Shown here: in pieces, positions 21,860 to 31,460 of the stretch
Layout of the letters: the number at the start of each line of letters is the position of its first letter
Position numbering within the stretch: the first letter of the stretch is position 1
IMG/VR virus record: IMGVR_UViG_3300037149_000100
DNA: 64,000 nt
Direction: 5' to 3' (one strand)
DNA from: a virus
The notes under the pieces: model-generated
What the model was told of the DNA's origin: nothing
Database searches by the model: none
The model's input: the letters and a program-made list of their open reading frames with translations, nothing else
Position numbers and translations under genes: made by a program

Positions 21860-24694
21860 ATGAAGGAAGGTGCGTGGATTAATGGTAAGACGGGGAAATT
21901 TGCCTGGATTACCGAACATGCGAGTTGGGTGAAAGACCCTGAGAATGCCCGATCGATTGGCGTTCCTGAAAGCGTAATCGAGAAAATCCAGTCTCTCCGT
22001 TCAGACTTCAACGGCAAGGGTCGTGAAGAGATCCTCGCTACCGTCATGCAGGCCGGGTTCATTCGGATGCGGGGGCATGGCTCATTCTGGACGTTTGAGT
22101 TTACCATGCCCTCAGAAGAAGCGTTGTGGGCTTGCATGTCCTTCCTACAGGACTTCGCTGGCCCATTCACTCAATGCCGGTTTAACAACCTGAGGACCGG
22201 TGAGACCATAGACACCCTCTTTCAAGAATTCGAGAAGACGATGCAGCAAGATCCTACACAGATTTTGAGGATTGCGAAGGTTGTGACCTATCCCCGAATG
22301 GCTTCGTTTTTGGAGCATGTGGGAGATGAGGTCAAGGTTGCCTCCGGCTACCCCAGATTGATGCAAATTATGAAAGGGTTGATACCCACCGTGCATACGT
22401 TTGGCATCATGTCTGTGGATAACCCTCAAAACCAAGCCCTCTCCGAAGAGGAGAATCAAAAGCGAAGAAATCAATTTAAGGCTGACCTCAAACGTGGGTA
22501 TTATGGCTACGTTCAGCACAATGGCATGTATGACCGCCCCGAAAAGGCGTTCTTTATCATGAATGTCAGATTGTCTGAACTGACCCAATGGTGCGGAGAG
22601 ACTCAGTTCGACCAGGAGAGCTACATTTATGGTCAAGTGAACCACGACGAACATGAAGTCGTAATGACGCTGTATTATGGTGCAACACCGGGTCCACAGC
22701 GAAAGGTTGTGTTGAGAGTGGAGAATGGGGTTGAAAACTACTACTCAGAGTACAAGGGACGTAAGTTCGTCATCCCCTTCTTTGATGAAACTGAAGCTCC
22801 TGAATCCGAAGAGTCCAATCTCCCCACTGGGGTCCCATTTGATAAGAATGATGTGGATACTCCGAAGAACGCTTCACAGTTAAACCTCATTCTAGCCAAT
22901 GCAGAAGGTCTTCGAAAGGATGCGCTGGGCCTAACAGTCGGAATGGGCAATTGGAACAAACGAGGAATGCTTCTCCAGGCTGTGAGGCAGTTGGAGCCTA
23001 AGCCTAGGCCCAAAGTAGGGATGGACTCTAAGTATGAGCTTGCCCTAATTCTCAAGTATGTGCGAATGAATCTTAGCAGTTTCCGGAGTATGCTGACCCG
23101 ACCGGATGCGGCTAAAGCAATTCATGACAAACTTAAGAAGGAATGCCCTAGGGGTGAGTTGGCTGATCTGATGGCCCCGATAATCATGGAACGGGCTCAA
23201 GGTGTAATTCAGGAGACCAAACTCAAACAAGCTCTGGAGGGAATGTTTAATTCCCAGCCGGGAATGAACGAGGAGTTGGATTACAAACGGACCCTGGAGG
23301 ATGAGAAGGGAGGGGCCACGAACGTCATGAAGGCCAGCCTGAAGACCGCTGTGCTGATCCCCCACACCCTGTCTAGTTTCAAAGATGATCAGACGAATCA
23401 GAAGGCAGCAGAACTGTTTTCCGATTACTCGGCCAGATTCGACACCGGTAAGGCCATCGCTCTGACCCGCAGGGATCTGATGCGATCAGACTATGACATG
23501 GCCACAGCGGCTCCTAGGCCCCCTAGAGTGCCCTCCACCATCCCCCCTTCAGCCCCACCGAAACCAAAGAAGCCGGAGCCGGGGGCACAGCTTTTCAGTG
23601 ATGAGGAGTTACGTTTTCCCACCGGTATGATTCAACAAGCCGCTCCCTCCCCCCTACGAGTGAAAGTGACTTCCCCCCAGGTGGATCCCAAGTTCTTCCG
23701 GTTCTGGATGGAGCAATTATACAATTCTGGTGCGTACCGACCCCTCACGCAAGGAGCCGTGCAGCAGGGCATCAGGGCGTCAGATGTGTTGGAATTGCCA
23801 TTCTACAACGTCAAGATCAAGGATGTGGCACAGATTGGCCAGAACCTCCCAGACTACGATTTCCTCATTCAACGAGTGGGCAACACCGGGAAGGTGCTGA
23901 CTCGAACGGCTCATAAGGTAGCAGCCTTGTTCCATGATCGTGGTTGGATTTTGCCAACTGGAGAGTTCTTACCCGTTAAGGGTGCGGTTAATCTGGATAT
24001 TCGTGAGTTTAATCAAGATGAAGAACATCATGATATGATTGCCGAACGCTACTTTGAAGGTGGGACCGAAGAAGCATATGATAATGAGTGGATACGTATC
24101 GGCGTGTATGGTACGGAAGGTTATGCGGATCTGGGTGGCTGTAACGATAAGCAGTTTAACACAATGTGGAGTCATTTCAACGAAACAAAGCCTAAGTTCA
24201 TTATTTTCGGCTATTTGGTTGAGGGTCGGTTAGACCTTGAGGACTTCTTGAAATGCAAAAATCTTGCAGGTATAGAGAGAGCGGTTAGACGCACTTACAG
24301 AACCGCCTCTGGGCAGCCTACTATGGGTTTCAACGTCAACGACTCTGCCGCTCCATTCACCGATTGGATACTTCGGGGTGAGAAGGAAATTGAGACTAGA
24401 AACTCCGACTCACTCAGACCTCACATTGGAGAACGAGTCGGTATCATCCGCACAGGGGTTGGCCCCGCTACCCTGGTTGGTTATTGCACCCTAGGTGAGC
24501 CCATTATCTATCGGGACAATCGAGACTTCCGTCAGGATCAGTCGCAGCATATGGTTCCAGAGGGTCCGATGTGGGACTTGTTCCCCGGAATGATCAAGTA
24601 TGGTTATCCTATTCTGGATGTGGAGCCGTGTGAACCCAAAGCAATTACCTCTCAAGGCCGAGTGTGGAGACGACTAGCAAGAATTGAAAATTGA
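21860..24694 (+). CDS. 944-aa multi-module protein with C-terminal ASCH-like domain
   Basis: APFTDWILRGEKEIETR ASCH motif near C-terminus; Pro-rich linker; several unrelated segments. Confidence 0.65.
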   Translation: MKEGAWINGKTGKFAWITEHASWVKDPENARSIGVPESVIEKIQSLRSDFNGKGREEILATVMQAGFIRMRGHGSFWTFEFTMPSEEALWACMSFLQDFAGPFTQCRFNNLRTGETIDTLFQEFEKTMQQDPTQILRIAKVVTYPRMASFLEHVGDEVKVASGYPRLMQIMKGLIPTVHTFGIMSVDNPQNQALSEEENQKRRNQFKADLKRGYYGYVQHNGMYDRPEKAFFIMNVRLSELTQWCGETQFDQESYIYGQVNHDEHEVVMTLYYGATPGPQRKVVLRVENGVENYYSEYKGRKFVIPFFDETEAPESEESNLPTGVPFDKNDVDTPKNASQLNLILANAEGLRKDALGLTVGMGNWNKRGMLLQAVRQLEPKPRPKVGMDSKYELALILKYVRMNLSSFRSMLTRPDAAKAIHDKLKKECPRGELADLMAPIIMERAQGVIQETKLKQALEGMFNSQPGMNEELDYKRTLEDEKGGATNVMKASLKTAVLIPHTLSSFKDDQTNQKAAELFSDYSARFDTGKAIALTRRDLMRSDYDMATAAPRPPRVPSTIPPSAPPKPKKPEPGAQLFSDEELRFPTGMIQQAAPSPLRVKVTSPQVDPKFFRFWMEQLYNSGAYRPLTQGAVQQGIRASDVLELPFYNVKIKDVAQIGQNLPDYDFLIQRVGNTGKVLTRTAHKVAALFHDRGWILPTGEFLPVKGAVNLDIREFNQDEEHHDMIAERYFEGGTEEAYDNEWIRIGVYGTEGYADLGGCNDKQFNTMWSHFNETKPKFIIFGYLVEGRLDLEDFLKCKNLAGIERAVRRTYRTASGQPTMGFNVNDSAAPFTDWILRGEKEIETRNSDSLRPHIGERVGIIRTGVGPATLVGYCTLGEPIIYRDNRDFRQDQSQHMVPEGPMWDLFPGMIKYGYPILDVEPCEPKAITSQGRVWRRLARIEN

Positions 24695-24788
24695 TCTTGA
24701 CGGGCCGGTGCCGATTGAGTATTATAGATAAGAAGGTTCCGTTGTTTTTACAGAAACGGAACCTTTGACTGAGCAGCCGTGCTGCTTC

Positions 24789-27232
24789 TGTCCATTCCTT
24801 CACCCCTTCCAGGAGCGCCCATGTGCGAATACCAGGGACACGAATTTGGAGCCCGCTACCCCGACTCCATGTGCATTGACGGCTATCTCTGGGACGCAGA
24901 CAACTGCGACGACCAGGGCAACCTCTACGAGCCCATGGACGCCATCCCCTGCCCGATGTGCAGCCCGAAAGCCGCCATCGGCTGGTGGACGGAACGGTTC
25001 GATAGCCCCTCCAGGCGCAAAGCCCGCAAGGCTGCCCGTTTCCTGGTCGCGGACATTCGCCGGAATCGCGGCGTCGAAACCCTCAGCAACCCTGCCGAAT
25101 AGGCGAATGTCCAGGCGCAGCCCTGGACCAAGGAGAAAATCATGACCCCTGAACAGTTTGAAAAAGCCCTGGAGGATGCCGTCAAGGGCGGGAGGGTAAC
25201 CGTCACCATCAGCGAAAGCTGCCCCGAGGATGGCTGCAACGGGACACTCCACCGCATCTCCGAGAACCTCCAATGCTGTGACCAGTGCAACACCGTTTTC
25301 GGCGCCTAGCCACGCATGTCCAGAAAGGATAACCAACCATGGACCCATTCACCCTCGATGACCTACTGAAAATGCACCCGCATCAGGTCGTGGAAATTCT
25401 GAACCGCTACCGGGAGGCGTTGGAGGAAGTGAAAGCCTCCGTCTGCGGCGAAGCGGTGTCCAAGTGGGGCATCGACCCCCAGACCACAAAATCCCGCATC
25501 CGCATCGCCAATACCTGCGATGTCGCCCTTCTCAACCTGCCGAAAGGCTGATGTCCATGAGGACAAACCCATGACTAAGAAGGATGGACTGCCATCCGTG
25601 GCAAAAACCAAGTTCGAATTCGGATTCCGGCTGATCGGTATCCCCAAGATGTGCGCCAACTGCGCCCACCGGGATTACGCCTGCTGTGGATTGAGCCCTC
25701 AGGACTTCACCATCGGCAAGCTCGACAACCACGTTTGCGACCGATGGAAGCGCAGCCACCTGAATTAACCATCCTGTCCAGAAAGGTGAACCATGCCCAA
25801 GTGGCCGCCCTGTCCCACTCCAGTGTCTCCGCCCAGCCGGGGAGTCATCATCAAAACCTGCACCCACTACGTCATCGAGCGAAAAACGGCAGGACCAGAA
25901 TGGGAGCCCTGGGCTTTCCCAAAGAATGACCGGCTGAACGCGCTGGAGACGCTGGAGTGGTGCCGCAAGGAACAACCCGGAGGCACCTTTCGGTTGATCT
26001 TCGAAACCCGTGAACACATCGCAGCCGAATGAGGCTGTCTAGGATCCCTATGTCACAAACATGCAAACCAATCCGCCGATGGAAGTTGAAAGCTATGCGG
26101 CACTTGGGGAAAACCAACCCCCAATTAACCCGTTCTGGGGCGAAGCGGGTTTGCCCCTGGCAGAACCTATCCCCCCGTAACCTTCGCCTGTATCGATAAC
26201 CGTTGCCCAGGTTGCGGGCTGTAGTTGTCCACTATTCGCCCGGAGGGCAGATGAAAACCGTCATCGTTGAAGGCAAACGATACCCCGTCATTGAGGACCT
26301 GGGGTTCCAGCATGGGCGATGCTGCACCGCCGTTGAAGCCCAGACGCCAGATGGTCCCAGGATCGCCACCAAGGGCTCCCTCATCGGGTCGAAGTGGCAG
26401 TGGGCTGGACCCGCCCCCGTCTTGCCTCGCGGTCCCATTGCGGGGCAGTAGGCGCATGTCCATCTGGAGGAACCATGACCAGCAAGGAAATGCTCAAAGC
26501 CACGTTGCCCAAGGACTGCATCTGGGAGAACATCGCGCCGCTTGGCCGTATTCCAAATTGGAGGATCATCCCAAAGCCGAAAGGGTGGGGTGAGTGATGG
26601 GCGCTTTCGACGATTCCTACCACATGACCTGGACCAAGGCAGATCGCCGCCGGATCAAGCGGGACCGCGCCAAGTCGCCCTTCGCATGGGTGCAGGCCCT
26701 CCCGCTGCCCTGGGAACGGTGAGCCATGAACAGAGACGAGCTTGAGGCAAGTATTGCAGCGAGAAATCCGGAAGCATGGCGTCCATCTCAAATATCATCC
26801 AAAGTGTCTCAGGAAATGGACGAGTTAATCCGGTGCCGCGCCATTCAGGGAATGGACGAGTTGATGTACTGCCGAGCCATCCTGTATCATGCAGGGGACT
26901 TCTCCACCAGCATCCATGGCGGCATTGAAGCCCTAGTGGCAGAGCGGAATGCCCTCCGTGCCAAAGTGCAGAGCCAGCGTGACCGGATCAATGACCTTGA
27001 ATCTTGGCGTCCAACCCCCCACCCCGCCGGGACGCCCTTGAAGCCGATGCCTGATCCGAAGCGCAGCGAGTGGCAAGCCGACCCCCTCAAATGGATGTTC
27101 GCCATGTCGGAATGGGGCGAATCTGCCAGCGCCAGGATTGCAGACCTGGAAGCGATCTTGGCAACCAGCGTAATGTGCCCCAAGTGCGCCGAAGTCATCC
27201 TGCCCCACCAACAGATCCGTTGATCCTGTCCA
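24789..27232 (+). repeat. array of small GC-rich genes punctuated by intergenic TGTCCA
   Basis: TGTCCA at 24789, 25108, 25317, 25552, 25775, 26226, 26457, 27227 and TGTCTA at 26036; ORFs 24821-25102, 25142-25309, 25339-25551, 25571-25768, 25793-26032, 26251-26451, 26475-26597, 26726-27223. Confidence 0.8.
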
Positions 27233-27292
27233 GGATCCCCCTGGACTTAACCACTCCCGAATCATCAGTTCGAAAAAAAAGAAAAAATAAAG

Positions 27293-27323
27293 CTATACAG
27301 AATTCCCAACTTCCGAGTATCAT
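27293..27323 (+). promoter_or_regulatory. phage promoter motif CTATAC-N16-G(A/G)GTAT
   Basis: Same spacing at 19107, 27293, 51249 and 58606; the downstream box alone precedes many genes. Confidence 0.7.
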
Positions 27324-27338
27324 CATTGTAGGGCAGGA

Positions 27339-27529
27339 ATGAAAAACAACCTTCCGGTCCTAATCATGGAGTCAGCCTTCAATGTTCAATCTATTCGCCA
27401 TTGCCAATCATACCCCACAGGGGTGGGCAAAGGTTTATAGTTTTTCCGCTGATCGCCTCCCCATGACTTAACACTCACGCAAATCCGAATCGGAACCCCC
27501 GTGAGTCCTTCCAAGAACCACGGGGGTTC
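27339..27529 (+). promoter_or_regulatory. putative leader peptide (27339-27440) and attenuator hairpin (27493-27529)
   Basis: 33-aa ORF right after promoter; 11-bp GC hairpin; leader segment can pair with the hairpin 5' arm. Confidence 0.45.
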
Positions 27530-27685
27530 GGCTTTATGGAGCCAACCCGAAAATCCTTGACAATTTCATAAAGCAAATTTAGTAACCCACCCTCCGCTTT
27601 AGGGCGAGGGGTGAAGGGTTCGGGGAGGGCTCCAGAAACTCCTCACTTGAAAAAATGGGCTACACACCTCTTAATTGAGGTGTGT

Positions 27686-28315
27686 ATGTTCAAGTCATGT
27701 ATTCATTGTTCGAAAGAGTTCCAGGCCAAGGACAACAGAAAGAAGTTCTGCTCTCAGTCCTGTTCAGCTTCTCACGCGCAATTAGGGAAGCCGAGCCACA
27801 ACCAAAAGAAGCCACGAAACCTGTGCTACTGTGGTAGCCCAATCGAAAACCCAGTCAGCGTGTTCTGTAGTGACCAGTGCCGCCAATCCCAAAAGATGGG
27901 AGGTATCACCGAATGGGTACAGGGCGGTCCAGCCCCGCTAGGGCCAGAATCAATCACCCGCTGGGTTAAGAAGTTGCGAGGAAGTGCCTGTGAAGAATGC
28001 GGGTGGGACCAACAAAACCCGGTATCAGGTAGGAGCCAGACCCAGGTGGACCACATAGATGGGGACAGCACCAACCTGATGTACACCAACCTCAAAGTGC
28101 TCTGCCCCAACTGTCACTCCATGACCCCCACATTCGGGAGCTTAAACCGAGGAAAAGGGACAAGGACTAAACGGTTCTCCAACCTCGTGCTACTTCCACG
28201 CATCTGCCCCACTTGTGGTGACTCGTTCACTCCAATCAGCAAAAGGCACACAAGCTGTTCTCGTAAGTGCCGGGGTAAGGCAACGTATCAAAAACAAATA
28301 TCTCGGAGTAGTTAA
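27686..28315 (+). CDS. HNH endonuclease with Zn-ribbon repeats
   Basis: CEECG...QVDHIDGDSTN...NLKVLCPNCH; multiple CxxC/FCS motifs. Confidence 0.9.
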   Translation: MFKSCIHCSKEFQAKDNRKKFCSQSCSASHAQLGKPSHNQKKPRNLCYCGSPIENPVSVFCSDQCRQSQKMGGITEWVQGGPAPLGPESITRWVKKLRGSACEECGWDQQNPVSGRSQTQVDHIDGDSTNLMYTNLKVLCPNCHSMTPTFGSLNRGKGTRTKRFSNLVLLPRICPTCGDSFTPISKRHTSCSRKCRGKATYQKQISRSS

Positions 28316-28375
28316 ACGGTAGAACCCAGTCCTGACATGGCTGTGACGGCAGTTCAACTCTGCCCTCTGAGACCA
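28302..28375 (+). tRNA. tRNA-Val(GAC)
   Basis: Cloverleaf; loop CTGACAT; CCA; overlaps HNH stop. Confidence 0.8.
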
Positions 28376-28385
28376 TCAAAAATTT

Positions 28386-28448
28386 TAGACACTAACAGCA
28401 ACCCAAAATTTCACCTTTGGCTGTGAAAAGCAAAATGTGTCGTGTCTA
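28386..28448 (+). ncRNA. TAACAGCAA-clamp RNA copy 1 (anticodon-like hairpin only)
   Basis: TAGACAC/GTGTCTA outer stem, TAACAGCAA, hairpin TTTCAC-CTTTGGCT-GTGAAA. Confidence 0.6.
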
Positions 28449-28449
28449 C

Positions 28450-28536
28450 GCTCTCGTAGCTGAAAGGATCAGCACCGGTCTACGAAACCGGGTACGTAAC
28501 AGTCATACGCAGGTTCGAATCCTGTCGGGAGTACCA
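28450..28536 (+). tRNA. tRNA-Arg(ACG), long variable region
   Basis: CCGGT-CTACGAA-ACCGG; T arm; CCA. Confidence 0.88.
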
Positions 28537-28646
28537 TTCGCTGAAGGCCATTGGTGAATTAGGAGAATCCCCTCCTAGCTGATGGTGTTGTTGTGAGACT
28601 TGGGAAAGTCCAGGGGTGCCGATACACTCTCTTCAGTGAACCTATC

Positions 28647-28707
28647 TCACTCGTAGCTCAGTTGGTAGAGCTTCAGTTTGTCGGGAGTTCGAGTCTCTCC
28701 GAGTGCG
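28647..28707 (+). ncRNA. tRNA-like RNA lacking the anticodon arm
   Basis: CACTCG/CGAGTG stem; canonical D arm and T arm joined by only 11 nt. Confidence 0.65.
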
Positions 28708-28831
28708 TTCCAAGAGTCAAGTCGTGAGACTTCGCGGTGTCTGTGAGCAGGATAAGGTCGCAGCGGGACAATGGAAGGGACGGATCGATATGCCGTCACC
28801 GGAACCTAACCGGTAACTTTTTCGTAAACAT

Positions 28832-28918
28832 GCAACAGCAACAAAGTTGGAGAGTTGTGGCAGGCCGTAACCCTGTTGGATTAATCCTGAGAGAGTTCGA
28901 ATCTCTCCTGTTGCACCA
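28832..28918 (+). tRNA. tRNA-Tyr(GTA)
   Basis: GCAGG-CCGTAAC-CCTGT; long variable arm; CCA. Confidence 0.8.
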
Positions 28919-28921
28919 AAT

Positions 28922-29008
28922 GTCGGTCGCGCCTCACTGGACGGGGCACCAGTCTGTAAAACTGGCGGGAGCAATCCCTACTGGGTTCGATTCCCAGGGT
29001 CGGCACCA
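28922..29008 (+). tRNA. tRNA-Tyr(GTA)
   Basis: CCAGT-CTGTAAA-ACTGG; long variable arm; CCA. Confidence 0.85.
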
Positions 29009-29009
29009 T

Positions 29010-29085
29010 GGCCCCATAGCTTAAACGGATAGAGCTTAGCCCTGCGAAGGCTACGGTTCCGGTTCAATTCCGGATGGGACTACCA
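29010..29085 (+). tRNA. tRNA-Arg(GCG)
   Basis: TAGCC-CTGCGAA-GGCTA; CCA. Confidence 0.85.
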
Positions 29086-29152
29086 AGTCTTGGTTGACAA
29101 AAAAGGTCATGATAAACATCGAACTTCTTCTTCCTCCTTTGTAGGAGAGAGC

Positions 29153-30208
29153 ATGAAAGTTCTGTTTATTCTGAAGCACAGGGACACTTACTGGGGGGAC
29201 TACTCCTCAACTACCACTTTGTCGTCTGGGCTATCTAATTCGGCCCAGTTCGTCTGCGATGCGTTGAATCTTTCAGGTGAGATCACCGCTAAGCTGGTGC
29301 AAGTAGAGGACAACAATCAAATTGACAAGGAAGTCACCCTATTCCGGCCTGATGTCTGCATTATCGAGGCTTACTGGGTTGTTCCGGAGAAGTTTGGGGT
29401 TCTGATTCCCCTTCACCCCCAGGTCAAATGGGTTGTTCACAACCATAGCGAGATTCCTTTCCTGGCCCAAGAGGGCATTGCAATTGATTGGAGCATTCGT
29501 TATCTTCAATACCCGAATGTCTTCGTCAGTGGCAACTCCCCACGGTCCTACCAGGACATGATTAATTTCCTGGTTCCAGTATATGGATTTGATGCCATCA
29601 AACGGGTTCTGTTCCTGCCCAACATCTACCCATCTGTCCATCGTCGTCACTGCATCCCAAAGAAGCGGAACCACACCTTGGATATCAGTTGCTTCGGGGC
29701 CATCCGGCCCTTGAAGAACCACCTTCTCCAGGCTATGACTGCTATCGACTATGCGAACCAACGGCATTACAACTTGCGTTTCCACATTAATGGGAGTAGA
29801 ATTGAGGGGGGCTCAGCCTCAAACTCAATTCTCAAGAATCTGCAACTGTTGTTCCAGCACACACCCAACTGCGAATTAGTTGAACATCCTTGGTATCCAC
29901 ATGACGAGTTTCTGGGTATTATGGAACAGATGGATGTTTCGATGCAAGTCAGCTTCAGCGAGACGTTTAACATCATCTCAGCGGATGCGGCGACTGTCGG
30001 AGTCCCTATCGTCACTTCTTCTGAAGTGCTTTGGGCACCATGGTTCACCAGAGCCACCCCTACCTCCGCTCGTAGCATCCGGAAACGGCTGGACTTCATG
30101 CTGAAGTATGGCCCTCTCCCCGCAGTCGAGTGGTTGGTCCAGAACAGTCTGAATACTTACAGCAAAGAATCGCTGAAACAGTGGCTGTTTGACTTGAAGA
30201 AACTGTAA
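29153..30208 (+). CDS. GT-B-fold glycosyltransferase
   Basis: CFGAIRPLKNH, QVSFSETFNIISADAATVGVPIVTS (GT4-like E-x7-D motif). Confidence 0.8.
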   Translation: MKVLFILKHRDTYWGDYSSTTTLSSGLSNSAQFVCDALNLSGEITAKLVQVEDNNQIDKEVTLFRPDVCIIEAYWVVPEKFGVLIPLHPQVKWVVHNHSEIPFLAQEGIAIDWSIRYLQYPNVFVSGNSPRSYQDMINFLVPVYGFDAIKRVLFLPNIYPSVHRRHCIPKKRNHTLDISCFGAIRPLKNHLLQAMTAIDYANQRHYNLRFHINGSRIEGGSASNSILKNLQLLFQHTPNCELVEHPWYPHDEFLGIMEQMDVSMQVSFSETFNIISADAATVGVPIVTSSEVLWAPWFTRATPTSARSIRKRLDFMLKYGPLPAVEWLVQNSLNTYSKESLKQWLFDLKKL

Positions 30209-30279
30209 TACAAGCTGGTGCCTGCGTGACCGTCCCAGTCATAAGAGCAAAGGTCGTTAAAATTGCCACCAGTTTCCTT

Positions 30280-30367
30280 GGAAGATCGGCAAAGTTGGAG
30301 AGTTGCACTAGTTTGCTAAACTAGAGGCGTTCGCGTCTAGAGGGTTCGATTCCCTTATCTTCCGCCA
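30280..30367 (+). tRNA. tRNA-Ser(GCT)
   Basis: CTAGT-TTGCTAA-ACTAG; long arm; GCCA. Confidence 0.88.
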
Positions 30368-30368
30368 T

Positions 30369-30484
30369 AAGACCCTAACAGCAATTAAAATTCCCTGTTA
30401 AGGAGGTGGTAGCAGGTCCGACTCCTGCCGAACTGACATATCAGTTCGTAGCTCATCGGTCAGAGCACCTAGAAATTGGGTCTT
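30369..30484 (+). ncRNA. circularly permuted tRNA-Asn(GTT)-like RNA in TAACAGCAA clamp (copy 2)
   Basis: Order: AAGACCC, TAACAGCAA, anticodon loop CTGTTAA, T arm, closed acceptor stem CGAACTGA-CATA-TCAGTTCG, D arm, GGGTCTT. Confidence 0.8.
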
Positions 30485-30662
30485 GATTTATCTGGGTTCA
30501 GCAATGTGCTGTGGGGCCACCCCCACGGTTCCGGAGACGTTAGCTGACGAAAGCTGAGGGACGCTTCCCTTGGGCCAACCCCTTCGTGATCAATCGGCTG
30601 GTACTACGTGAGAGTCGTAGCTTGCCACCCCCGATGGTGGGCTGTAGCAGATCACGATTCAC

Positions 30663-30740
30663 GCTCCTATGGCGCAATTGGCGAGACGCCTATGACTCAG
30701 ACTCATAGTTCTGTCGGTTCGACTCCGACTAGGAGCACCA
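30663..30740 (+). tRNA. tRNA-Leu(CAG), short variable region
   Basis: TATGA-CTCAGAC-TCATA; ACCA. Confidence 0.85.
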
Positions 30741-30741
30741 A

Positions 30742-30834
30742 AAGACCCTAACAGCAATTAACCCTTTTGCCTTGTACAGCAAACGAAGCGTGGTTCGACT
30801 CCACGGATGGCGTGGGCCTAGTTAAACGGGTCTT
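30742..30834 (+). ncRNA. TAACAGCAA-clamp RNA copy 3 (anticodon-like arm plus T arm)
   Basis: AAGACCC/GGGTCTT; TTTGC-CTTGTACA-GCAAA; CGTGG-TTCGACT-CCACG. Confidence 0.7.
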
Positions 30835-30852
30835 GACTTTTTGCATCACCAT

Positions 30853-30929
30853 AGTCTCATCGTCTAGTGGCCAAGGACGCTTGCCTCTCACGCAAGAAAT
30901 CACGGGTTCGACTCCCGTTGGGACTACCA
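30853..30929 (+). tRNA. tRNA-Glu(CTC)
   Basis: CTTGC-CTCTCAC-GCAAG; CCA. Confidence 0.9.
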
Positions 30930-31044
30930 AAGACTCTAACAGCAATCCAAAATTCCCTGTTAAGGACGAGGTAGTGGGTCCGACTCCCACTGAGGCAGCA
31001 CATAGCCTCATAGCTCATCGGTAGAGCGCGTATAAACGAGTCTT
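30930..31044 (+). ncRNA. circularly permuted tRNA-Asn(GTT)-like RNA in TAACAGCAA clamp (copy 4)
   Basis: AAGACTC/GAGTCTT; CTGTTAA loop, T arm, closed acceptor TGAGGC-AGCACATA-GCCTCA, D arm. Confidence 0.8.
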
Positions 31045-31050
31045 GACCAT

Positions 31051-31124
31051 GGTCCCATGGTGTAATGGAAACATACCTGCCTGTCACGTAGGAGAAGCGA
31101 GGTCAGTACTCGTTGGGACCGCCA
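31051..31124 (+). tRNA. tRNA-Asp(GTC)
   Basis: CCTGC-CTGTCAC-GTAGG; atypical T loop; GCCA. Confidence 0.8.
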
Positions 31125-31374
31125 AAATTCAACTATTGAATCCTCTGTAGCGGGGAGTACGCAGCCCGTTACGGTGTGGATGTTCTGGAAGAACGCTTCG
31201 AAGATGGTGAGGCAGCGATCATCAACGACCCCGATCCTCAGTGGGTCGCGTGGTATGACAACCGGTTGTTCTCCAACCTCTACCTAGAGTGGAATCGGCA
31301 ACACCCGGAACTCCCTCCCATCGATCCTGATGAGGAGCCAGATGAACCGGATGAACCAGAAGATTAAAAACCAT

Positions 31375-31460
31375 GCGACTGTACCCGAATTGGTATAGGG
31401 GCCAGCTTGAGGTGCTGGTGGTGCAAGCCATTGTGGGTTCGAGTCCCACCAGTCGTACCA
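31375..31460 (+). tRNA. tRNA-Leu(GAG)
   Basis: CCAGC-TTGAGGT-GCTGG; long arm; ACCA. Confidence 0.9.

Noticed and set aside
28537-28640. RNase P RNA (GGAAAGTCC)
   Set aside because: Only about 100 nt and lacks the other conserved regions; just an unassigned stem-closed structure
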